64,000 nucleotides of DNA from Methylophilaceae bacterium (GTDB lineage Bacteria > Pseudomonadota > Gammaproteobacteria > Burkholderiales > Methylophilaceae). The position numbers were made by a program, and so were the translations under genes. Positions within the stretch are counted from its first letter, which is position 1. Each line of letters begins with the position of its first letter. The stretch covers positions 25,121-89,120 of the forward strand of contig JAFMCM010000001.1 in NCBI GenBank assembly GCA_017857755.1. Direction: 5' to 3'. Below, piece by piece: positions 45,901 to 58,262 of this stretch. Under the pieces are notes generated by a model. That model did not search any database. It was not told where the DNA came from and saw only the letters and a program-made list of their open reading frames with translations.

Positions 45901-46356
45901 GACATGGTGATAACCCGCTTGTGCGCACTGATTCCTTAAGGCTTCAAGATCTAATTTTTGCCCTTTGTTAAGCATAAACGTATGTCCAGCCAAATAAGAG
46001 ACTGGAGGCATTTGCAATAATGCTGTCGCAATAGGCACAATCACAATGTCAAAATTATTTTGACTAATTTGATAAAGCGTTGATAAGCGCTCTGAGATTA
46101 AATCAGGATGCGGAGAAAACACATCATAAGGCAACGTTTCCCAATCGGGCAATAAGTGCAAACTTAAATCAGGTGCAAAATAGGGTATTTCTTCAAATAA
46201 TCGTTGCGCTTCAAACGCATTAGCAGTTAATACCACCAGTGGTTCTTTTGTTGTTTTTAAGCGACAAGCCAATGTTGCCAGTGATAGGCTGTCTAAACCA
46301 TTAGCTGCATAAGTAAAACGTGCGGACTGACCAATAGGTGGAGGTGTTAACTGCAT
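42967..46356 (-). CDS. mfd: Transcription-repair coupling factor
   Basis: 1129 aa with the helicase motifs GDVGFGKTEVA and DEEHRFGV, and the TRCF domain order. Confidence 0.95.
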   Translation of the reverse strand: MQLTPPPIGQSARFTYAANGLDSLSLATLACRLKTTKEPLVVLTANAFEAQRLFEEIPYFAPDLSLHLLPDWETLPYDVFSPHPDLISERLSTLYQISQNNFDIVIVPIATALLQMPPVSYLAGHTFMLNKGQKLDLEALRNQCAQAGYHHVSQVISPGEFSVRGGLVDLFPMGGVLPYRIDLFDDEIETIRTFDVDTQRSLYPVPEIRLLPAREFPLDQDGIELFRSQFRERFEGDPQRAKIYKDVSKGNATGGIEWYLPLFFTETATIFDYLPKQAVVCAHGDLDKAAQTFWYEANSRYKLLAYDAERPVLTPEVLLTKVDAFFTKTRQFPLINVKFDSKKLLPAVDVDRRADQPLHKLQAYIKKSKLRILIVAESLGRRETIVHLFAEHGLIIPVCETWAEFEASDAPVMLGVSRLHTGFVSDVAVITEAELYASTVRQQRRRVKEKARNTEGMLKDLSELRINDPVVHEQHGVGRYRGLQNLDFGEGETEFLLLEYHGDDKLYVPVSQLFLISRYSGGPPESAPLHRLGSGQWEKAKKKALKQIRDTAAELLNLYAQRAARKGHVFKLSLKDYDAFCEGFPFEETPDQLSAIEAVIGDMQSGRPMDRLVCGDVGFGKTEVALRAAFVAVMGGRQVSVLVPTTLLVEQHYQNFCDRFADWPIKIAEISRFRTKKEQAEALKGLADGTIDIVIGTHRLIQKDVKFKNLGLAILDEEHRFGVRQKEQMKALRAEVDVLTLTATPIPRTLSMAMEGLREFSVISTPPQKRLSIKTFHTDYSDGIIREAVMREFKRGGQVYFLHNEVDTIFVQKEKLEKILPEARIAIAHGQLRERELEYVMRDFYQQRCNILLCTTIIETGIDVPTANTIIMNKADMFGLAQLHQLRGRVGRSHHQAYAYLLTDPHRKITPQAQKRLDAIQLLEDLGAGFHLAMHDLEIRGAGELLGDSQSGEMQEIGFSLYSDMLNHAVKQLKAGHEPDLDAPLGVTTEINLHTPALLPSDYCPDIHERLVIYKRLANCEDDEVLDEMQEELIDRFGLLPETGEALIACHRLRISAKPLGIIKIDASDAAIQLQFNPKADIDPLKLIHLLQRDKRCRMNGPEKLRISVELGHINHRVELIKDILKEFV

Positions 46357-46526
46357 AAATGAGAATTAAAATGACTTGGTTTAGCGATGAATTTTGCCTA
46401 TTATACTCTTATCAAAGACTCAACTTTAAAGTCAATTGAAAATTGAACACAAATCAATGATAAACCGTAGCAGCTTTACCACTTTGATTTCAACTGATGA
46501 TTTCAATCCATGAAAGGTTTCGTGCT

Positions 46527-47204
46527 ATGAATGATAAGCAACAGATAGCAAACCATGCTGCAAGTTATGTAAAAGACGATATGCTTGTTGGCTTAGGAAC
46601 AGGCTCCACGGCAAACTTTTTTATTGAAGCGTTAGCCAGAAGACAGTTAGAAGAACACCTAAAAGTCACCACTGTTTCTAGTTCTAATATCAGCATGATT
46701 AAAGCGCAAAGCTTGGGCCTAAATGTCATTTCTTTGCAGCAGGTCAGCGCCATTGATTTATATGTTGATGGCGCAGATGAAATCACACCTGACTTAACTT
46801 TATTAAAAGGTCGTGGCTATGACCTCGTCATGGAAAAGCTGCTAGCCAAAGCTGCTCAACAATTTTTTGTAGTGGCTGATAAAAGTAAATTGGTCAATCG
46901 TATTGGCACAAATTTCGCCATTCCGATTGAAGTCATGCCACTTGCATGGCAATCGGTTAAAAATAGCATTGAAAAAGTAGGTGGTCGTGGCGAATTAAGA
47001 CCGAACGCAGCAAAGGATGGCTTGTCTATTAGTGCCTATGGAAGCCTAATTCTCGACATGACTTTTGAACCCACAACATCTGGAGAAAATTTGAACCAGT
47101 TACTTAATAATATTCCTGGCATCATTGAACACGGCATTTTTCACCAACTTGCCAACGCTGTGTTTATCTCAGATGACGGCAATATAGAAGAAAAATGGCA
47201 ATAG
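46527..47204 (+). CDS. rpiA: Ribose-5-phosphate isomerase A
   Basis: GLGTGSTANFFIEAL and VDGADE motifs. I placed the start at the ATG at 46527, which follows a GAAAGG Shine-Dalgarno. Confidence 0.9.
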   Translation: MNDKQQIANHAASYVKDDMLVGLGTGSTANFFIEALARRQLEEHLKVTTVSSSNISMIKAQSLGLNVISLQQVSAIDLYVDGADEITPDLTLLKGRGYDLVMEKLLAKAAQQFFVVADKSKLVNRIGTNFAIPIEVMPLAWQSVKNSIEKVGGRGELRPNAAKDGLSISAYGSLILDMTFEPTTSGENLNQLLNNIPGIIEHGIFHQLANAVFISDDGNIEEKWQ

Positions 47205-47228
47205 TTTTTTCGTTACCATTCAACCCTC

Positions 47229-48668
47229 ATGTTTAGACTGAATCGCTTGCTCAACAGTATTTTTTTGGCTGGCTTACTCTGCCTCCTTTTGGCTTGTAGC
47301 AATCAAGATGCTTCCAATAACGATAAAAAGTCTGTCGGCACTTTTAAGCGCGATGCAAACGTCATTACTTTTGTCACCATTAACAGCCCCAATACCTACT
47401 ACATTAACAGTGATAAAGAGTTTTCAGGCTTAGAATATGACTTAGCAGTTGCCTTTTCTGCCTATCTGGGCAATAAAAAACAAATTGAATTTATCGTTGT
47501 AGATAGCATTCAAAAAGTCATTGAAGCGCTTAAAACCAATCAAGCAGATATTGCAGCCGCCGATTTAACGGTGACCAAAGCTCGTCAAAAAGTCATTGAC
47601 TTCTCAACGCCTTATCACACCGTACAACAACAAGTCATTTATAATAAAGACGTAACAAGCAATCCAGCAAAACAAATTAAACGCTTGGTTGGCAAAAAAA
47701 TTGTCGTACCCGCATCCAGCAGTTTTGTCGAACGATTAAAAACGTATAAGAAGAAAAATCCCCAGCTCAAGTGGTTGGCACTAGAAGCAGCTCATTCAGA
47801 AAATATTTTAGAGAAAGTAGCTGATGGACAGATTGAGTACACCATTGCCGATGACCATTTAGTTTCTGTGTTAAAGAATTTCAACCCCAATCTAAATGTA
47901 GCGTTTCCATTCGGTCAGCCAGAGCATATCGCATGGGGATTTGCCAAGGGACACAAGCCAGAACTATTACGCCAAGCCAATGCTTTTTTTAACCAAATAA
48001 AAAAAGATGGCACATTACGAAATTTAATTGACCGCTATCACGGTAATAGTAAACGTCTAAAACCGTTGGACATTAACACCTTTTTAGCCCGTAGACATAC
48101 CCGCTTACCACCGTACATAAAACTATTTAAAGAAGCACAAGAAATCACAGGTATCGATTGGCGCATGCTTGCTGCGCTGAGCTATCAAGAGTCACACTGG
48201 GATACGTTTAATACATCACCCACCAATGTCCGTGGATTAATGATGCTAACTGAGGCCACTTCTGATCGCATGGGTGTTAGCAATCGACTTGACCCTGCCC
48301 AAAGTATCCCAGCAGGCGCCAAGTATCTGAACTTAATGATAAACACAGTCCCATCCAGAATACCAGAACCCGATCGTACTTATATGGCGCTGGCTGCTTA
48401 TAACATTGGTTATGCTCATGTTGAAGATGCGCGCGTACTGGCTCAACGACTGGGCCTCAACCCAAACTCTTGGGTTGATGTAAAAAAAGCCTTGCTGAAA
48501 TTAAACGACCCAGAGTACTACACCAGCGCAAAGTATGGTTATTGCCAATGTGCGCAACCAATTATTTATGTCGAATCCATCCGTAGCTACTACAATATCC
48601 TGTCGCGTTTTGAACCAGCTCACGACAGTATTGATATGAATCCATATAAAATTGCTAGCAATGATTAA
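47229..48668 (+). CDS. mltF: Membrane-bound lytic murein transglycosylase F
   Basis: Lipoprotein-like signal peptide (LLLACSN), an N-terminal solute-binding-like domain and a C-terminal SLT domain with LSYQESHW. Confidence 0.85.
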   Translation: MFRLNRLLNSIFLAGLLCLLLACSNQDASNNDKKSVGTFKRDANVITFVTINSPNTYYINSDKEFSGLEYDLAVAFSAYLGNKKQIEFIVVDSIQKVIEALKTNQADIAAADLTVTKARQKVIDFSTPYHTVQQQVIYNKDVTSNPAKQIKRLVGKKIVVPASSSFVERLKTYKKKNPQLKWLALEAAHSENILEKVADGQIEYTIADDHLVSVLKNFNPNLNVAFPFGQPEHIAWGFAKGHKPELLRQANAFFNQIKKDGTLRNLIDRYHGNSKRLKPLDINTFLARRHTRLPPYIKLFKEAQEITGIDWRMLAALSYQESHWDTFNTSPTNVRGLMMLTEATSDRMGVSNRLDPAQSIPAGAKYLNLMINTVPSRIPEPDRTYMALAAYNIGYAHVEDARVLAQRLGLNPNSWVDVKKALLKLNDPEYYTSAKYGYCQCAQPIIYVESIRSYYNILSRFEPAHDSIDMNPYKIASND

Positions 48669-48712
48669 GCCGCTCTTCTGCTACTGACCCAACAACACTT
48701 TTGCTTAGTGCA

Positions 48713-49984
<1,272 letters not shown>

Positions 49985-51316
49985 TTACTTTTTCGCTTTA
50001 CTTTCTTTTTGATTGAATGCCGCTTCATCCAAGGCTTTCAAGTGTTTTAGTTTTTCTGATATTTTACCTTCCAAACCGCGTGGTGTGGGCTGATAAAACG
50101 TGATTGGCTCTAAATCATCAGGGAAATAATCTTCACCAGCGGCATAAGCATCTGGCTCATGATGCGCATAACGATAGGCTTTACCATAATCTAAAGCCTT
50201 CATCAGCTTGGTTGGCGCATTGCGTAAATGCAAAGGCACTGGTCGTGACTTGTCTTGGCCTACAAACGCTTTGGCTTGATTATAGGCATGATAAGCGGCG
50301 TTGCTTTTCGCGGCCACAGCAAGATAAATAACCGCATTAGACAAAGCTAACTCCCCCTCAGGAGAGCCCAATCGTTCATAGATTTGACAAGCTTCTAGCG
50401 CCATCGTCTGCGCCCGCGGGTCGGCAATCCCAATATCTTCGACCGCCATCCGCACGATGCGCCTGCCTAAATACAAAGGGTCTGCACCACCGTCTATCAT
50501 GCGTAAAAACCAATACAAAGCGGCATCTGGATTAGAACCGCGCACTGATTTATGTAACGCCGAGATTTGATCATAAAAGGCTTCACCGCCTTTATCAAAG
50601 CGACGCATTTTGCTCGCCATCGTCGTTTGTAGAAAAGCTTCATCAATTTCACCAACACTAGCCCCTTGCGCGGCATTAAACAGACTCTCGGCAAAATTTA
50701 ATAATCGCCTTGCATCTCCATCAGCATAACTTAACACTTGCTCCAACACCGCTGGTGTTAAGGCAATATCTGCAGCGACTAATAATCTCGCCCGCTCTAA
50801 TAATTCCGCCAACTCTGGCTCAGATAGCGCACTCAACACAAACACTTGCGCTCGGCTTAATAACGCACTATTGACTTCAAAAGAGGGGTTCTCAGTCGTC
50901 GCCCCAATAAAAGTAATCAAACCGCTTTCAACAAAAGGTAAGAAGGCATCTTGCTGACCTTTATTAAAGCGATGCACTTCATCCACAAACAAAATCGTTT
51001 TACGCCCAGCCTGTTGTAAGGTATGCTCTGCACGTTCCACGGCCTCACGAATATCCTTAATACCAGAAAGAACGGCAGAAATCGGAATAAAAGCTGCTTC
51101 AGCTGTATTGGCAATTAAGCGAGCTAAGGTCGTTTTACCAACCCCAGGCGGCCCCCATAAAATCATAGAGGGCAACTTTCCAGATTCAAAAGCCAATCTA
51201 AGCGGCTTGTTAGGCCCTAACAAATGGGACTGACCAACAACTTCTGCAAGCGTTTTAGGCCGCAATAATTCAGCTAAGGGCGCATCTGGGGTAGTCGCTT
51301 CAAATAAGCTGTTCAC
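49985..51316 (-). CDS. rarA: Replication-associated recombination protein A
   Basis: AAA+ Walker A GPPGVGKTT, Walker B LFVDEVHRFNK and a MgsA C-terminal domain. The stop abuts the serS ATG. Confidence 0.95.
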   Translation of the reverse strand: MNSLFEATTPDAPLAELLRPKTLAEVVGQSHLLGPNKPLRLAFESGKLPSMILWGPPGVGKTTLARLIANTAEAAFIPISAVLSGIKDIREAVERAEHTLQQAGRKTILFVDEVHRFNKGQQDAFLPFVESGLITFIGATTENPSFEVNSALLSRAQVFVLSALSEPELAELLERARLLVAADIALTPAVLEQVLSYADGDARRLLNFAESLFNAAQGASVGEIDEAFLQTTMASKMRRFDKGGEAFYDQISALHKSVRGSNPDAALYWFLRMIDGGADPLYLGRRIVRMAVEDIGIADPRAQTMALEACQIYERLGSPEGELALSNAVIYLAVAAKSNAAYHAYNQAKAFVGQDKSRPVPLHLRNAPTKLMKALDYGKAYRYAHHEPDAYAAGEDYFPDDLEPITFYQPTPRGLEGKISEKLKHLKALDEAAFNQKESKAKK

Positions 51317-51380
51317 CGCTTAACCTATCAAAAATAAAAGCACATTGTAATTGAGGCAAGTGACAATCAGCAAATTTGAC

Positions 51381-52004
51381 TTACTCACCAACAACATCCA
51401 CACCTGCTGGCATTTTAAACAAAAAGGTTTCTAACCGCAGACGAGGATTACGTTCTACATGCTTAAAAGCAATTGCAGTGGTGTGCTTAAAGCTATCCAC
51501 CATTTCCATGTAACGCAATTCACCCTCTTTAAAACCGATATAAATGCGCTCAAAACCACCGTTCTCTTCTTTGGGTAGCGCTTGCACCCATTCAACACCA
51601 CTTTCTAACATTGGGCGTTTAATGTTTTTAAGATTAAAATTTTGATCAACGCCATCACCACCCGCAAGTAATGCAGCTGGCGTCATACCCACCGCTTGAT
51701 CTAGGCTTCGAATCGTCACCTGCTCCAACTCAGTATCCAACAAAAAAACATCTTTACCATCACTGATAATCTGTTGTTCGTAGGGCTTATTGTAATCCCA
51801 TCTAAATTTATTCGGCCTATCAAGCTGCATTTTGCCTTCGACTTCCTGCACAATATTGCCTTGCGCATCTTTGACCGTTTGGTGAAAAGCCGCACGCATC
51901 GAATTCGTATTGCGATAAAAAGCATTTAAAGCTGCCACTCCATCAGCCCACGCCTGGGTTGTCACAAAAAAGCCAAGAACAAGTCCTAATAGTTGATGCT
52001 TCAT
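51381..52004 (-). CDS. lolA: Outer-membrane lipoprotein carrier LolA
   Basis: Signal peptide, 207 aa, and the conserved position between ftsK and rarA. Confidence 0.85.
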   Translation of the reverse strand: MKHQLLGLVLGFFVTTQAWADGVAALNAFYRNTNSMRAAFHQTVKDAQGNIVQEVEGKMQLDRPNKFRWDYNKPYEQQIISDGKDVFLLDTELEQVTIRSLDQAVGMTPAALLAGGDGVDQNFNLKNIKRPMLESGVEWVQALPKEENGGFERIYIGFKEGELRYMEMVDSFKHTTAIAFKHVERNPRLRLETFLFKMPAGVDVVGE

Positions 52005-52028
52005 TTGTTTGATTGATTCCTTTTTTGA

Positions 52029-54335
52029 CTAATCATCATTTTTAACCAACACCTCGCGACTACCATTGCTTTGCATTTCAGAAACCAAGCCAGCACGCTC
52101 CATGTCCTCAATTAATCGCGCAGCACGGTTATAACCGATGCGCAACTGACGTTGTACCGATGAAATGGATGCACGTCGGCTCTTAAGCACAATGGACACC
52201 GCTTCATCATATAACTCGTCTTTTTCTCCGCCACCATCACTATACTCACCGGTTTCCGCACCACCTTCAGTTTCATTGGTAAGAATACCTTCAATATAGT
52301 TGGGTTCGCCCTGCGCTTTTAGGTGATTAACCACCGCATGCACCTCTTTATCACTAACAAAAGCACCATGCACGCGTTGCGGGTAACCTGACCCAGGTGG
52401 CATATACAACATATCACCCTGCCCTAGTAGCGTTTCAGCGCCCATTTGATCGAGGATCGTGCGCGAATCGATCTTACTTGATACTTGAAATGAAACACGA
52501 GTAGGCACATTGGCTTTAATCAAACCAGTAATCACATCTACCGACGGCCGCTGAGTCGCTAAAACAAGATGAATTCCGCAAGCGCGTGCTTTTTGTGCTA
52601 AGCGAGCAATCAGCTCTTCTACCTTTTTACCAACCACCATCATCAAGTCAGCCAACTCATCAATCACCACTACGATCATCGGCAGCTCCTGTAGAGGCTC
52701 AGGATCATCTGGTGTGAGGCTAAACGGATGTGGAATTTTCTCACCTGCTTTTTCTGCTTCCTTAATTTTTTGATTAAAACCCGCTAGATTCCGCACACCA
52801 ACCATAGACATCAGCTTGTAGCGGCGCTCCATTTCTGCCACACACCAGTTCAGCGCATTGGCTGCTTGACGCATATCCGTCACCACTGGTGCCAGCAAAT
52901 GTGGAATGCCCTCATATACCGACAGCTCTAACATTTTAGGATCAATTAAAATCATCCGCACTTCGCTGGCATCGGCCTTGTAAAGCAAACTTAAAATTAA
53001 CGCATTAATCGCCACTGATTTACCAGACCCAGTCGTACCCGCTACTAATACATGTGGCATCTTGCCCAAATCAGCCACCACTGGTAAGCCAGCAATATCT
53101 TTACCCAGCGCAATCGCCAGTTTTGAATGCATATCCGCGTAAACTTTACTCCCTAAAATTTCCGTCAAAAACACAATTTGACGTTTAGGGTTAGGTATCT
53201 CCAACCCCATATAACTTTTTCCAGGAATCGTTTCGACCACACGCACACTCATCACGGATAGCGCGCGAGCCAAATCTCTAGCTAGGTTGGTAATTTGACT
53301 GCCTTTGACACCTGGCGCAGGATTTAACTCATATCGAGTAATCACAGGACCAGGCTGTGCCGATAACACATTAACTTCAATTCCAAAATCCGCGAGCTTA
53401 CGTTCGATTAAGCGAGAGGTGAACTCCAGGGTCTCACCTGATGGCAACTCCACTTTATTGTTAGCCTGGTCCAACAAATGCAGAGGTGGCAAATGCTCAT
53501 CCGACTCAAAGAGTGGCACTTGCTTCTCCTTCAACACTCGATCGCTTTTGACCACCTCAATTTCAGCTGGCCTGATTTCAATCGGCGACCGATCTTCCGT
53601 CCGTTTACGCTCGTTCATCACAAACTCAGCACGCTTTTGTTCTACAACTTTACCTACTCTACGGTCTTGCCAATCATGATATTTGGCATCAACCCACTCA
53701 TAAGTCAAGATTAAAGCAGCACCGAGCTTCTCTGTCATCATTATCCAAGACCATCCCGTGAACAGACTAAAACCGACTGCAAAAAGCAACAACAACACCA
53801 TGGTTGACCCAGCAAAAGCGAACATACTGCGCAACAAGCCATCAACAGATTGCCCAAGAATACCGCCAGCCGCATCAGGCAAAGTGGCTGGAAAACTGAT
53901 TAAATGGCCTGCTTCCAAGGCGCTAGATGCAATCAGCAACAGCCCAAAACCAATCATATTCACTGCTAAAAATGGGCGCTCTTTCTCTTCGGTTTCAATT
54001 TGTTGATACATTAACCAAATGGTAAAAAAAGCAAGTATGACCAACCACCAAGCCGAAAAACCAAAGACATTCAACAAAATATCAGACAAGATAGAGCCTA
54101 CTTTGCCGCCTGCATTTTGTACCAAGCGATCCGTACTAGACAGATAAAACCATGACGGATCTTCAGAATGATAAGAACCAAGAATGACGGCAAGATATAA
54201 CCCAATTAAGACCAAAGACAACCACCACGCCTCACGAATTAGCCGCATATGATGCAGCTGCTTGGCGCTTTTAGGTGCTTCAACTTTTTTTTCTACTTTC
54301 GCCGTATCGGCTGAGGAATTTTTTTTAAAAAACAA
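52029..54335 (-). CDS. ftsK: DNA translocase FtsK
   Basis: N-terminal TM helices, motor domain GTTGSGKSV and a C-terminal gamma winged-helix domain ([21 protein letters not shown]). Confidence 0.95.
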   Translation of the reverse strand: MFFKKNSSADTAKVEKKVEAPKSAKQLHHMRLIREAWWLSLVLIGLYLAVILGSYHSEDPSWFYLSSTDRLVQNAGGKVGSILSDILLNVFGFSAWWLVILAFFTIWLMYQQIETEEKERPFLAVNMIGFGLLLIASSALEAGHLISFPATLPDAAGGILGQSVDGLLRSMFAFAGSTMVLLLLFAVGFSLFTGWSWIMMTEKLGAALILTYEWVDAKYHDWQDRRVGKVVEQKRAEFVMNERKRTEDRSPIEIRPAEIEVVKSDRVLKEKQVPLFESDEHLPPLHLLDQANNKVELPSGETLEFTSRLIERKLADFGIEVNVLSAQPGPVITRYELNPAPGVKGSQITNLARDLARALSVMSVRVVETIPGKSYMGLEIPNPKRQIVFLTEILGSKVYADMHSKLAIALGKDIAGLPVVADLGKMPHVLVAGTTGSGKSVAINALILSLLYKADASEVRMILIDPKMLELSVYEGIPHLLAPVVTDMRQAANALNWCVAEMERRYKLMSMVGVRNLAGFNQKIKEAEKAGEKIPHPFSLTPDDPEPLQELPMIVVVIDELADLMMVVGKKVEELIARLAQKARACGIHLVLATQRPSVDVITGLIKANVPTRVSFQVSSKIDSRTILDQMGAETLLGQGDMLYMPPGSGYPQRVHGAFVSDKEVHAVVNHLKAQGEPNYIEGILTNETEGGAETGEYSDGGGEKDELYDEAVSIVLKSRRASISSVQRQLRIGYNRAARLIEDMERAGLVSEMQSNGSREVLVKNDD

Positions 54336-54540
54336 TCTGTTAATACCTTCAATGAAATAAGGATAAATGCATCATGATTATAACAAAACCTACTCAGGTT
54401 GAACGCATCTAAATCGACCATCACCATCATGACCAGCCTAATAATGAACAATAATAAACAACAATGGACAAATGACATCTATACAAACAATCAAAAATGA
54501 CAACAAAGCTATTTTAAAAAGAGTTTATTGCTGCTTGCTC

Positions 54541-54569
54541 TTTAAATAAGCGCACTGCGTCACTATAAT
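54541..54569 (+). promoter_or_regulatory. Possible sigma70 promoter for trxB (TTTAAA-N17-TATAAT)
   Basis: Perfect -10 hexamer and weak -35 hexamer, 35 nt upstream of the trxB ATG. Confidence 0.3.
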
Positions 54570-54592
54570 ACCAATATCAACCCCAATTTTAA

Positions 54593-55555
<963 letters not shown>

Positions 55556-55570
55556 CTTTAACAAACAATA

Positions 55571-55606
55571 AACGCTCTAAGACAACATGAACTGGAGCGT
55601 TTTTAA
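55571..55606 (+). terminator. Putative trxB terminator (AACGCTCTA...TGGAGCGTT followed by TTT)
   Basis: A stem of about 9 bp including one G-U pair, a 13-nt loop and a T-tail. Confidence 0.45.
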
Positions 55607-55785
55607 TCTGCTCACCATTTTGTGGCGAATGCCAAATGTGCAATAATGCCAACCTCTCAGGATTCATCATACGCAATCCCCATTACCAAAGTATCATAAA
55701 AAAGATCAGCGACCAGCAACGCATGCGCTTGCTTAAATGGCCTTCAGATGATGCTTTGGATTGACCGTTTTTGTTAGGAACTTCA

Positions 55786-57306
55786 ATGTTTAACTACAGC
55801 AACCACGAAATTAAAACCAACTTACTCAGCGGATTAACCGTTGCGTTGGCCATGGTGCCTGAGGCAATTGCTTTTGCATTAATTGCCCATGTCTCGCCAT
55901 TAACTGGCCTTTATGCGGCATTTATGATTTGTCTCATCACATCTGCCATGGGCGGTCGCCCTGGTATGATTTCTGGCGCGACAGGTGCTTTAGCAGTTGT
56001 CATGGTGGCCTTAGTTGTGCAACATGGTGTGGCGTATTTATTTGCGACGATTGTGCTAATGGGTTTGTTCCAAATACTGTTTGGCGTCGCCAAATTAGGC
56101 AAGTTTATCCGCATGGTGCCGCATCCAGTCATGCTTGGTTTTGTAAACGGTTTAGCCATGGTAATCTTTATTGCGCAGTTTGGTCACTTTAAAATCACTG
56201 CGGCAGATGGCACAACACAATGGATGGATAGCGAAGCGCTGGGGGTGATGGCGGTGCTGATTGCCATTACCATGGCGATTATTTACTTGTTACCAAAGTT
56301 AACCAAAGCCATTCCATCAACGCTCGCAGCGATTTTAGTGGTTTCAATGAGTGTCATTAGCTTAGGGATTGATACTAAAACGGTGGGAGATTTAGGTTCT
56401 ATCGCGGGCGGCTTACCGAGCTTCCATCTGCCACAAGTACCTTGGAATTTAGAAACACTATCTATCATCCTGCCTTATTCGCTGATTTTAGCGGCGGTTG
56501 GTCTAATTGAAACCTTGCTTACCCTTAACTTGATTGATGACATGACCGAAACGCGTGGTAAACCCAACCGAGAATCACTTGCACAAGGTTTTGCCAATAT
56601 CGTAACGGGTTTGTTTGGTGGCATGGGCGGATGTGCCATGATTGGTCAAAGTATGATTAATATTAATAATGGTGCGCTTAAACGGCTTTCTGGTCTTGCC
56701 ACTGCAATATTTTTACTATCATTTATCTTATTTGCCTCAAAATGGATCGAGATGATCCCACTGGCCGCATTAATTGGCGTCATGTTTGTGGTCTCTGAAA
56801 AGACATTTGAATGGGGTAGCTTTCGTTTATTCGGCAAAGTACCTAAGCCTGATATTTTTGTCGGCATTTTAGTGGCAGTGATTACTGTATTTGCAGATTT
56901 AGCGATTGCCGTAGTTGTAGGCGTGATTCTCTCCGCACTTACTTTTGCATGGGAACATGCTAAAGACATTCGTGTAGAAACAACAATTGATGGAACAGGC
57001 ACCAAAACTTATGTACTAAAAGGCTCATTGTTCTTTGCCTCTATCTCAGCCTTCCAACATTTGTTCCATCCAAAAGACGACCCTAAAGAAGTAATCATCG
57101 ACTTTAAAGATGCCAAGGTAGTTGACCACTCTGCGTTAGAGGCCATTGACTCTCTTGCCGCTAAGTATGTCGCCGCAGGTAAAACCCTACATCTCAAACA
57201 CTTAAGCCCTGATTGCTTAGAGATTTTAGACAATGCAAAAGGCATGGTGGAAGTAAACGTATTAGAAGATCCTACCTACCATATTGCGGATAACAAACTC
57301 GGCTAG
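55786..57306 (+). CDS. SulP-family anion transporter with a C-terminal STAS domain
   Basis: Typical SulP N-terminus (LSGLTVALAMVPEAIAFA) and a polytopic core. I placed the start at the ATG at 55786, which follows an AGGA Shine-Dalgarno. Confidence 0.85.
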   Translation: MFNYSNHEIKTNLLSGLTVALAMVPEAIAFALIAHVSPLTGLYAAFMICLITSAMGGRPGMISGATGALAVVMVALVVQHGVAYLFATIVLMGLFQILFGVAKLGKFIRMVPHPVMLGFVNGLAMVIFIAQFGHFKITAADGTTQWMDSEALGVMAVLIAITMAIIYLLPKLTKAIPSTLAAILVVSMSVISLGIDTKTVGDLGSIAGGLPSFHLPQVPWNLETLSIILPYSLILAAVGLIETLLTLNLIDDMTETRGKPNRESLAQGFANIVTGLFGGMGGCAMIGQSMININNGALKRLSGLATAIFLLSFILFASKWIEMIPLAALIGVMFVVSEKTFEWGSFRLFGKVPKPDIFVGILVAVITVFADLAIAVVVGVILSALTFAWEHAKDIRVETTIDGTGTKTYVLKGSLFFASISAFQHLFHPKDDPKEVIIDFKDAKVVDHSALEAIDSLAAKYVAAGKTLHLKHLSPDCLEILDNAKGMVEVNVLEDPTYHIADNKLG

Positions 57307-57345
57307 TCGCGTACCATTTTGTACTAAACCAGGTTTTGCCATATT

Positions 57346-58143
57346 ATGAAGCCCATGAGCAAGAAAGACGACATCGACGATGAACTAAAGCTGTTTAAGC
57401 AAGCAGTGGCAGACGTTCGCCTGATTCAGTCCGACCGCGTTTCGCTACAGCAAACGAATAAACCCAAACCGATACCTCGCCTAGTTGATCGCGATGATCA
57501 ACTAGAATTAGTAAAAAAACCAATTGACCCTTACACGCCTGCCTACCGCCCTGATGGCACGACCGAGCAAGAAGATGAAGCATTAATCGCGCTCATTAAC
57601 TCCACGCCCATCGACAGTGACGCAGATCAACTAAATCTGTTTAGAAGGGCTGTTGCAGATGTAAAGCCGCTAGCAACCCAACGTATCGCACAGCAACCCA
57701 TCAAAAAACCAAAGCCGATTCCAAAGCAATTTCAGCAAGATGAACACCAGGCACTGCTTGACTCACTCAGTGATCACTATATTCCGTCCTACGAATTAGA
57801 AACTGGCGAAGAATTGCTGTATATCCGTGAGGGCCACTCACCAGTTATCTTAAATAAACTCAGACGAGGTCACTGGGTGATTCAAAAACATATCGATCTA
57901 CATGGCTTAATCAGTGATGAAGCGCGTGCCTATGTGTCATTCTTTATTTCAGATTGTAAAAAAAGAGGTATTCGCTGTGTGCGGATTGTGCATGGCAAAG
58001 GCTTAGGTTCGCGCAATAAAGAACCGATTCTTAAACACAAATTGCGCGGTTGGCTAATGCAAAAAGATGAAGTCATTGCCTATGCGCAAGCCAAGCAAGA
58101 AGATGGTGGCAGCGGTGCGGTCATTGTGTTGCTAAAAGCTTAG
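57346..58143 (+). CDS. Smr-domain protein (SmrB-like) with a duplicated N-terminal module
   Basis: C-terminal Smr domain (IDLHGL...VRIVHGKGLGS...GGSGAVIVLL). The N-terminal LFxxAVADV...KPKPIP module occurs twice. Confidence 0.8.
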   Translation: MKPMSKKDDIDDELKLFKQAVADVRLIQSDRVSLQQTNKPKPIPRLVDRDDQLELVKKPIDPYTPAYRPDGTTEQEDEALIALINSTPIDSDADQLNLFRRAVADVKPLATQRIAQQPIKKPKPIPKQFQQDEHQALLDSLSDHYIPSYELETGEELLYIREGHSPVILNKLRRGHWVIQKHIDLHGLISDEARAYVSFFISDCKKRGIRCVRIVHGKGLGSRNKEPILKHKLRGWLMQKDEVIAYAQAKQEDGGSGAVIVLLKA

Positions 58144-58262
58144 CCGCCATTTATCACACACGCCTTCACCTTGAGGGTGAATCATCATACGTCATCAGCC
58201 TGTGATGAAATCATGCCGATCATCCATTCAACTGTCTACAGCAGACTAATGGCATAAAAAGA

